Positions 19,571 through 26,478 of a stretch of DNA of 32,000 nt are shown here, piece after piece; within the stretch, counting starts at the first letter, position 1, and each line of letters starts with the position of its first letter. The notes under the pieces are model-generated. The model worked only from the letters and a program-made list of their open reading frames with translations. It was not told the DNA's origin and made no database searches. The position numbers and the translations under genes were made by a program. This DNA comes from Trichlorobacter lovleyi SZ (lineage in GTDB: Bacteria; Desulfobacterota; Desulfuromonadia; Geobacterales; Pseudopelobacteraceae), in the NCBI RefSeq assembly GCF_000020385.1, contig NC_010814.1, positions 1,830,001-1,862,000 of the forward strand, in the 5' to 3' direction.

Positions 19571-21699
19571 TAGCCGAACTGCTCCTGTTCTATCATGGCT
19601 ACTGATTGCACCAACAGGCCCGGATCAAGGATCAGGGCCACCGTGCCATCCCCCAGGATGGTTGCGCCGGATATGCCGCGTACATCTCGATAAAGTTTGC
19701 CCAGGGTCTTGATGACAGTCTGGTGTTCACCCACCACATCATCCACCACAAAGCCGATCCGTTTGCCATTTACCGAGAGGATCACAATCTGTTCAATCTC
19801 CGGCTGGTTGGTGGCGATCTCAAATTCATCCCGCAGGTTGATGTAGGGGGTCAATTCGCCCCGTACATGGGCCAGGTGGCGGCCATGGGTGGCCTGTACA
19901 TCGGCACGGGTCAGTTCAATACACTCTTCCACCATGGTCAGCGGCAGTACAAAGTAGCTCTGGTCGATCCTGACCAGCAGAGTTTCGATGATGGCCAGGG
20001 TCAGGGGAATCCGCAGGGTGATGATCGATCCCTTACCCTGTTCGCTGGCAATGTCGATGGTGCCCCGCAACGCCTCAATCGCTTTTTTGACCACATCCAT
20101 GCCGACACCACGCCCTGAAACGCTGGTGACCTTCTGGGCGGTGGAGAAGCCGGGGGCAAAGATCAGGTTGTATATCTCTTTATCAGTCAGCTCGGTGGTG
20201 GCAGTGATTAGCCCCCGTTCAATCGCCTTGGCCTTGATCCGTTCTTTGTCAAGACCGGCGCCATCATCACGGATGGTGACCAGTACGCTATCGCCAGAGT
20301 GTACAGCTGCCAGATGGACAATCCCCTTGGCTGGTTTACCGGCTGCCTTGCGGACATCGGGCATTTCCACACCATGATCAATACTGTTGCGGATCAGGTG
20401 CACCAGCGGGTCGTTCAGCTTTTCAATAACGGTCTTGTCCAGCTCGGTCTCTGCGCCGGTTGTTTCCAGATCAATCTCTTTGCCCAGCTCTGCAGAGAGA
20501 TCCCGCACCAATCGTTTGAACTTGCTGAAGGTTGAACCGATCGGCAGCATCCGCATGTTAAGGGTAGTATCCCGCAGCTCAGAGATCAGCCGTTCAACCT
20601 CTTCTGCCACGGCACTGATTTCATTGTCGTGGCGGTTACCGGCGATCTGGGTCAGGTGGGCCTGTACCGTAACCAGTTCGCCCACCAGGTTCACCAGATG
20701 ATCCAGCCGTTCTGCCGGAACCCGGATTGAGAGGGAGGCTTCAGCTGCAGCCGGCGCCGCCGTAGTCCGCTCCTGACGGGCCTGTTTGACCTGTTGCTGC
20801 TCCAGAAGGGCTGATTGTACCTTTGAGACCGGTACCAGCCCCTGTTCCACCAGAATTTCGCCGAACCGCTTCTGCATGGAGAGGATCTTCTGCATCTCCA
20901 CCGGAGAGAGGTCTCCCCGTTCAACCAGAATGTCACCCAGTTTTTTATAGCTGGTGTCACCATCTGAAGTTGTTCCATCGTCAATCAGATCAATCTTCAG
21001 GTCGCAGTCATCTTCCACAAAGATGAAGACATCCTTGATCGCCTCAATGCCACGGGTTGTGGTGAGAATGATATCCCAGTAAAAATAGCAGTGTTCAGGG
21101 GTAAGCTGATCAAGGGAAGGGATGGCGTCCAGGTGGGCCATGACTTCACAGGAACCAAGGTCGCGCAGTTCATTCAGCAGGCTGATCGGGTTGGTGCCAC
21201 CCAGCATGATTTCCGGCAGCGGTTTGAAGCGGATGCGGTAGGTGCGGCTGGTGTCTGCTTCAGCTGATTGTGCAGGAGCAGCTGCAACAGGTTCCTGCTT
21301 CAGTTTGGTTGCCTGGGGTAATAGCTGTTGCAGGCCATCAATAATCCGCTGGCCGTTTGCTTCATCTGCCGGAGGGCCACCAGCCGATGCCTCCAGCATG
21401 GTGGTGATCTGGTCCCGTGCCTGCAGGGTAAGATCAAGCAGGCAACGGGTGACCTGCATCTTGCCGTTTCTGACCTGATCAAAGACCGTTTCAACCTCAT
21501 GGGTAAAGCGGGCAATGTCATCAAAGCCAAACATGGCACCGGAACCTTTGATGGTGTGCATGGCCCGGAAGACCCGATTGATCAGGTCGTTGTCCTGGGG
21601 GTTGTCCTCCAGTTCAAGCAGGGAGGTCTCCAGCTCGGCCAGCAGCTCACCAGCTTCTTCGCGGTAGGTGGCTATATGTTGTTCCTGTGGTGATGACAT
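19570..21699 (-). CDS. cheA: chemotaxis histidine kinase CheA (Hpt/P1 - P2-like - inserted tandem helical motif - P3 - P4 - P5)
   Basis: P1 FRAMHTIKGSGAMFG (phospho-His48). Dimerisation IRVPAERLDHLVNLVGELV. N/G boxes DPLVHLIRNSIDHG, DDGAGLD, GFST...SGRGVGMDVV. CheW-like P5 at the C-terminus. The ATG at 21699 has GGAGG upstream. Confidence 0.95.
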   Translation of the reverse strand: MSSPQEQHIATYREEAGELLAELETSLLELEDNPQDNDLINRVFRAMHTIKGSGAMFGFDDIARFTHEVETVFDQVRNGKMQVTRCLLDLTLQARDQITTMLEASAGGPPADEANGQRIIDGLQQLLPQATKLKQEPVAAAPAQSAEADTSRTYRIRFKPLPEIMLGGTNPISLLNELRDLGSCEVMAHLDAIPSLDQLTPEHCYFYWDIILTTTRGIEAIKDVFIFVEDDCDLKIDLIDDGTTSDGDTSYKKLGDILVERGDLSPVEMQKILSMQKRFGEILVEQGLVPVSKVQSALLEQQQVKQARQERTTAAPAAAEASLSIRVPAERLDHLVNLVGELVTVQAHLTQIAGNRHDNEISAVAEEVERLISELRDTTLNMRMLPIGSTFSKFKRLVRDLSAELGKEIDLETTGAETELDKTVIEKLNDPLVHLIRNSIDHGVEMPDVRKAAGKPAKGIVHLAAVHSGDSVLVTIRDDGAGLDKERIKAKAIERGLITATTELTDKEIYNLIFAPGFSTAQKVTSVSGRGVGMDVVKKAIEALRGTIDIASEQGKGSIITLRIPLTLAIIETLLVRIDQSYFVLPLTMVEECIELTRADVQATHGRHLAHVRGELTPYINLRDEFEIATNQPEIEQIVILSVNGKRIGFVVDDVVGEHQTVIKTLGKLYRDVRGISGATILGDGTVALILDPGLLVQSVAMIEQEQFG

Positions 21700-21715
21700 A
21701 AAACCTCCGGGTTAA

Positions 21716-21776
21716 GGAAGAAGGGTGAAGTGTGAAAGGGGGGTGTTTCACCCTTCACTCTTCTCACTTCACTCTT
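21716..21776 (-). repeat. intercistronic imperfect palindrome (REP-like) between the cheY stop and the cheA RBS
   Basis: GAAGGGTGAAGTGTGAAA (21720-21737) pairs with TTTCACCCTTCACTCTTC (21746-21763) at 16/18 positions with an 8-nt G-rich loop. Same GGGTGAAG/CTTCACCC vocabulary as 15609..15712. Confidence 0.7.
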
Positions 21777-21780
21777 GATT

Positions 21781-22146
21781 CTAGCCGAGTACTTTTTTCA
21801 CAACCGCGATTAGCTGTTCAGGTTTAAACGGCTTGACAATCCAGCCGGTGGCACCGGCAGCCTTGCCTTCTGACTTGCGGGATTCCTGGGATTCAGTGGT
21901 CAACATCACAATCGGGATGAATTTGTTCAGGGCGCCGCCACGAACCCCCTTGATCAGACCGATACCATCCAGGTTGGGCATGTTCAGGTCGGTGATCAGC
22001 ATATCCACCTTCTGGGTGCCCAGTTTGGCCAGGGCGTCCTTGCCATCCACCGCCTCAACCACGTCATAACCGGCCTGCTTGAGGGTAAAGCTTACCATCT
22101 GCCGTACACTTGCTGAATCATCAGCGGTCATAATCAGTTTTGCCAT
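21781..22146 (-). CDS. cheY: CheY-like single-domain response regulator
   Basis: 121 aa REC: IMTADDSASVRQ, DMLITDLNMPNLDG, IVMLTTES, GATGWIVKPF. It lies immediately upstream of cheA in the transcript. Confidence 0.88.
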   Translation of the reverse strand: MAKLIMTADDSASVRQMVSFTLKQAGYDVVEAVDGKDALAKLGTQKVDMLITDLNMPNLDGIGLIKGVRGGALNKFIPIVMLTTESQESRKSEGKAAGATGWIVKPFKPEQLIAVVKKVLG

Positions 22147-22147
22147 G

Positions 22148-22504
22148 TCAGTTTATTCCTCCACACCAGATACAGGGTAGGTCTGCGTTGTGTTTGCAGG
22201 TGGATTGGCGTTGCAGCCCAACACATTCAATAGTTTTTTTTACATCAGGGGAGATACAACCTGAAAAGTTAAAGCGTTTCTGAACACGTAGAGCGGTGCG
22301 ACAGGCTGAACAGATCAGCTGCATACCAGCAAGGTCAATTTCTTCGATGCCGGAAACATCAAGCAGGATATTGGTTGATGGTATCTCTTCAAGAAGCAGA
22401 CCGTGTAATTCTGCAGCGGTGTCAATGGCCAGCCTGCCTGCCACACTGATTTTCAGTGCGCTGCCGTCGCTACTGGTACTATGGGTAAGGGTCAGATCAG
22501 ACAT
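22148..22504 (-). CDS. STAS domain protein (SpoIIAA-like fold) with a Cys-rich C-terminal half
   Basis: LKISVAGRLAIDTAAELHGLLLE...NILLDVSGIEEIDLAGMQLI follows the STAS beta-alpha pattern. There are 7 Cys between residues 65 and 114. The ATG at 22504 has GGAGA upstream. The stop is 1 nt from the cheY ATG. Confidence 0.7.
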   Translation of the reverse strand: MSDLTLTHSTSSDGSALKISVAGRLAIDTAAELHGLLLEEIPSTNILLDVSGIEEIDLAGMQLICSACRTALRVQKRFNFSGCISPDVKKTIECVGLQRQSTCKHNADLPCIWCGGIN

Positions 22505-22519
22505 ATCGTCTCTCCGGTC

Positions 22520-24313
22520 TTAAAATAAATCAACATTATCACCAAACTCGGAATCACTGCCGGTACTGTCCTGCTGCTTCTGCAGTGAGAGTTGGACGCC
22601 ATGCCGCGCTGCCATCATTTCATGGATCATCCGTTCGCTTTCCATGGTGTAGCGCTGCTCCATGTGACGCAGGTTGTCTCGAAACTCATTTGAGGCCGGT
22701 ACCAGTGTCCGGGCCTCGGTATAAATCTGTTCAAGGGACTGTACTGCCTGTTCGGTCTGTTGCAGGATCTCTTCATGCACATGAATACTGGATGTGGTCA
22801 GATTAATTTCGTCTGAAAGTGACTCTGCCGTAATTGCCAGTGTTGAAAGCTGTTGCAGCAGGGAACGGTTAATGGCAGACAGGGATGAAATAATCTGCCG
22901 GGCCTCCTGCTCCATCTCGCTTACCTGGTTCGAACTGTCACCGGCCTCCAGAAAATTCAGATCCGTCATGCTGGCGGTGATACCGTTAATCGCTTGCAGT
23001 GTGCTTGAGACCGCCTCAGTCTGGACAACAGCCTCCAAAGAAAGTCGCTTGATCGCTTCAGCCAGTACCCCCAGAGCAGCCCCCTGAGGTCCGGTGTGGG
23101 CTGCCTTGATCTGGGCGTTCAAGGCGATCAGGTCGATCTCGGAACCAACCGCTTCGATATCACTGACAAATCCGCCTATCTCTGCCATGGTACCGGTTAC
23201 CTTCTGCATGGCAGTTGCAAGTTCATGGTCTGCCTTTTCACAGTTTTGCAGAATCAGGGTGACTTGATGCATCTCCTTTTCCATGGTTTCCAGGAGGGAA
23301 GTCTCGGCAGAACCCGAATTGCCCATCAGCGTCTGTTGTAATTCCAGGCTGATCTGGGTCTGTTTTGATCCAATATCCCGCAGGCTATCCAGAATGGTGT
23401 TTGTGGCCTTGCTCAGCTGGTCTGCGGCATGCCTGGTCTGTGCGGTTTGCAGTTCACAGATATCGCCGATTTCCGCAACCACGGCCGGACAGGTGTTGTC
23501 GTTGGGAGTTGCGTGACTGCAGGTATGTTGCATTAGTTTCTCAAGCGCCTCAATCACATGCTCGATCTGCTGCCGGGTGATGTCATGAAACTGCATGGAT
23601 GCCACCACCGCACCGATATCAGAAGCGATCTGTTCTGATATCAGGGCAACCTGATTGCCGGTGGCAGAGCAGGTGGTGTTCAAGCCAGACAGGGTCTCAA
23701 GGTTGTTGCCGACAGCGGTCAGGATCTTGTGAGCATCGGTGTACTGGTGTTCTTCTGTGGTGCGTACCATCTGCAGGTTGTTGCTGATCAACTGCGCCAG
23801 GGCCTGACGCTGGACCATGATGCCGGCAGATTTCTCACTGACGGTCTGGGAGAGCTTTTCAACATCCATGGCCAGGGTGGTAAAACCGGCTCCCAGTTCT
23901 CCCAGTCTGGCAGATTCAATCTTGGTGGAGATGGAGAGCATCCGCAGGGCCTTGTCCATCTTCTGAAACCCTTCCAGGGGTTGTATGACCTTGTCAAGCT
24001 GGACCATGATCTGTTCCAGGGTGCTGCAACTCTGGGTGCCCTGCCTGTTGACCCGCTCCAGATAGTCATTCATGTCACTGAACAGATGACGAAGCCGTTC
24101 TGTCAGCTGGCTGCTTTCAGAGCCGGCAACCAGTTCCACCAGCTCGCTGGAAACGGACGATATTTTTGAGGAGCGGATGGCGAAATCCTGCAGTTTTCCG
24201 CCCAACTCCAGAAACTGATCTTCTGTGCTGCCAGCCAGTCGTTGCAGAATCTGTATGGTAGGAGTCAGATTACTGCTCCATTGTACGACCTGATTGCAGA
24301 GATGCGGAGGCAT
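22520..24313 (-). CDS. soluble (TM-less) MCP-like protein with two signalling-hairpin-tip segments
   Basis: No hydrophobic TM segment. aa 123-155 LRMLSISTKIESARLGELGAGFTTLAMDVEKLS and aa 393-425 IDLIALNAQIKAAHTGPQGAALGVLAEAIKRLS each align to the canonical tip [33 protein letters not shown] at about 13-14 of 33 identities by eye. The rest is heptad-like and helical. Confidence 0.75.
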   Translation of the reverse strand: MPPHLCNQVVQWSSNLTPTIQILQRLAGSTEDQFLELGGKLQDFAIRSSKISSVSSELVELVAGSESSQLTERLRHLFSDMNDYLERVNRQGTQSCSTLEQIMVQLDKVIQPLEGFQKMDKALRMLSISTKIESARLGELGAGFTTLAMDVEKLSQTVSEKSAGIMVQRQALAQLISNNLQMVRTTEEHQYTDAHKILTAVGNNLETLSGLNTTCSATGNQVALISEQIASDIGAVVASMQFHDITRQQIEHVIEALEKLMQHTCSHATPNDNTCPAVVAEIGDICELQTAQTRHAADQLSKATNTILDSLRDIGSKQTQISLELQQTLMGNSGSAETSLLETMEKEMHQVTLILQNCEKADHELATAMQKVTGTMAEIGGFVSDIEAVGSEIDLIALNAQIKAAHTGPQGAALGVLAEAIKRLSLEAVVQTEAVSSTLQAINGITASMTDLNFLEAGDSSNQVSEMEQEARQIISSLSAINRSLLQQLSTLAITAESLSDEINLTTSSIHVHEEILQQTEQAVQSLEQIYTEARTLVPASNEFRDNLRHMEQRYTMESERMIHEMMAARHGVQLSLQKQQDSTGSDSEFGDNVDLF

Positions 24314-24341
24314 AGGCCAGATTCCTTTCGCCGACGAAGTG

Positions 24342-24740
24342 CTACTGAATCAGTCCCAGGGCGCGGAGTTCCCTGACCAGTTTCTGTTTGCTGATCGGCT
24401 TGACCAGATAGGCGGTGGCGCCATCCTGATAAAATGAGTCAAAGACCGTCTTGGGGTCATCAAGTGCCGTGGTCATAACCACCTTGACCTCCAGATTGGG
24501 CGGCACTTCAAGCTCTTTTTCGAGCTTCCGCACCAGGCGTAACGCCTCCCGGCCATCCATCTTGGGCATCATGATGTCCATGCAGATCAGGTCATAGGGG
24601 GTCTTGGCATCATGGGCCATCTTGAAGGCGGTTACCGCTTCTTCACCATCAACGGCAATCTCGCAGTCAAAGTAAGCCCCCAACAGTTCCCTGAGAATCC
24701 GGCGGGAGATGAAGTCATCTTCAACAATCAGACATTTCAC
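24342..24740 (-). CDS. single-domain response regulator (CheY-like)
   Basis: 132 aa REC: CLIVEDDFISRR, DLICMDIMMPKMDG, VVMTTAL, YLVKP. GTG start with GGAG 7 nt upstream. Confidence 0.85.
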   Translation of the reverse strand: MKCLIVEDDFISRRILRELLGAYFDCEIAVDGEEAVTAFKMAHDAKTPYDLICMDIMMPKMDGREALRLVRKLEKELEVPPNLEVKVVMTTALDDPKTVFDSFYQDGATAYLVKPISKQKLVRELRALGLIQ

Positions 24741-24752
24741 GGTGGGACTCCT

Positions 24753-25223
24753 TTACTTGAAGTCTGCAATGCCGGAAAAGATGTAGTCACGTCCGGCAAC
24801 TTCCTTCTGGTGGCATTCAAAACAGTTTTTAACCGGATCAAGGCGACTGGGTTTCCCCTCTGCCGTATAACCGGCATACAGCCAGCCCCCCGTGGCTTTC
24901 CTGGTTTTGTCCTTTTTCATCAGCACCACCATGTTTTTCGGGCCGTCAATGCTGCTGTTGTCCCCTTTGATGTTGAAGTGCTCAACCACAATCCGGCTGC
25001 CTTCGGGGAATTTGTTGCCGGCCTGGTAGCCCTTGATCGCCTTGGGGTCGGCATAGATATAGTGGATACCGTAGAAAAGTGATTTCTTGTCCGTCACCAC
25101 CTTGCGGACACTCTTTGTCCAACCCTGATATTTGGGTAATGGCGGCGTACTGGTTGCTGCAGCAGCGCAGCCGATACAAACCAGCACAAACAGCAGGGTG
25201 TTGAGCAGTGTAAGGCGTTTCAT
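24753..25223 (-). CDS. secreted cytochrome P460 / cytochrome c'-beta family haem protein
   Basis: N-terminal signal peptide MKRLTLLNTLLFVLVCIGCAAAA (possibly a lipoprotein). Family pattern Y..W, G.HYIY, KFPEGSRIVVE, VLMKK, TGGW.Y. Single C-terminal haem motif C134-F-E-C-H138. Confidence 0.7.
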   Translation of the reverse strand: MKRLTLLNTLLFVLVCIGCAAAATSTPPLPKYQGWTKSVRKVVTDKKSLFYGIHYIYADPKAIKGYQAGNKFPEGSRIVVEHFNIKGDNSSIDGPKNMVVLMKKDKTRKATGGWLYAGYTAEGKPSRLDPVKNCFECHQKEVAGRDYIFSGIADFK

Positions 25224-25278
25224 CTGTTTCTGTTCTCCTTTGACAACGGTTAGTACGGCTATCTGAGTTAATGGGTGA

Positions 25279-25306
25279 AGTATAGCACCGCTTGGTTGAT
25301 TGTCAC
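25279..25306 (-). promoter_or_regulatory. candidate internal sigma70-type promoter upstream of the P460 gene
   Basis: The minus strand reads GTGACA-N16-TATACT with TG one nt upstream of the -10 (extended -10). It lies in the only sizeable gap (124 nt) at the 5' end of the operon. Sequence match only. Confidence 0.35.
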
Positions 25307-25347
25307 GTCAGGTTGCCTGTTTTTTATCTGTGGTCCGTAATGCCGAT

Positions 25348-26478
25348 TTACTGGCTTTCCTGCACGGTTTCAGATGTTTCATTGGCTGGCAGGTAGATGG
25401 AAAACGTGGTTCCGCTGCCAGGTGCACTTTCAACACTGATGGTGCCACAGTGCTGTTTGACAATGCCATATACCATGGATAGTCCCAGTCCACTCCCCTT
25501 GCCGACCTCTTTGGTGGTGAAAAACGGATCAAATATCTTTGGAAGCAGTTCTCTGGGGATACCACACCCGGTGTCTGAGACGGTCAGATGGATGTAGGTG
25601 CCTGGTGAGAGTTCAAGCGCTGACGCTGATTTGCTGTCAAGCAGGATATGGGCTGTGGCAATGGTCAGCTGGCCGCCATCGGGCATGGCATCACGGGCAT
25701 TAATGGCCAGATTCATCAACATCTGTTCAATCATGCTGCGGTCTACGCTGGCATGGCTGGTGTTCTGGTCGCAGACAAAATTGAGGGTAATGTTGTCTCC
25801 GATGATCCTTCTCAGAAACTTCTCAAAGCTGGAAACCAGGGTACAGAGCTCCGCCTTTGACGGGGTTGCTTCCTGTTTGCGGCTGAAGGTCAGCAGGCTC
25901 TGGGTCAGGCTGGTGGCCCGTTTTGCCGCATCCACAATCATCTGCAGACTTTCATGGTTGGGATCTTCCGGTGGAGTCTGCATCAGCAACATGGTGCTGT
26001 AGCCCCTGATGACGGTCAGGATGTTGTTGAAATCATGGGCCACCCCGCCGGCCAGTATGCCGATCGCTTCCAGTTTCTGCGAGTGGCGCAGCCGTTCTTC
26101 GGCCTTTTTGATCCGCAGCATGACCTTGATATGGGCCACCAGTTCATGGCTTGAGATCGGCTTTTGCAGAAAGGCATCTGCTCCCAGGTCAAGGGCTCTG
26201 ACCCGGTCTTTTGAATCAACATCAGCAGCGGTGATGACAATAACCGGGATATAGGCAGTTGCCGGATTTTGCTTGAGACACCGGATGGTTTCATAACCAT
26301 CCATGTCAGGCATCTGCAGATCAAGCAGGATGGTGTCCGGGTGCCAGCTGCGCGCCAGGTCTAGCCCCTCCTTGCCTGAACAGGCGGTTTTCAGTTGGGC
26401 ATCGCTCAGGTGCTTTTCCAGGGTGCCTTTCATGACCAGCAGGTTGACGTTTGAATCATCAATGGCGAGAATTTTCAT
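25348..26478 (-). CDS. REC - HisKA-like - HATPase_c histidine kinase (receiver at the N-terminus, no TM, no sensor domain)
   Basis: REC: ILAIDDSNVNL, TILLDLQMPDMDG, VIVITA, FLQKP. H-box LAGGVAHDFNNILTVI. ATPase boxes NLAINARDAM, DTGCGI, GSGLGLSMV. Its ATG overlaps the upstream gene's stop (ATGA). Confidence 0.85.
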   Translation of the reverse strand: MKILAIDDSNVNLLVMKGTLEKHLSDAQLKTACSGKEGLDLARSWHPDTILLDLQMPDMDGYETIRCLKQNPATAYIPVIVITAADVDSKDRVRALDLGADAFLQKPISSHELVAHIKVMLRIKKAEERLRHSQKLEAIGILAGGVAHDFNNILTVIRGYSTMLLMQTPPEDPNHESLQMIVDAAKRATSLTQSLLTFSRKQEATPSKAELCTLVSSFEKFLRRIIGDNITLNFVCDQNTSHASVDRSMIEQMLMNLAINARDAMPDGGQLTIATAHILLDSKSASALELSPGTYIHLTVSDTGCGIPRELLPKIFDPFFTTKEVGKGSGLGLSMVYGIVKQHCGTISVESAPGSGTTFSIYLPANETSETVQESQ

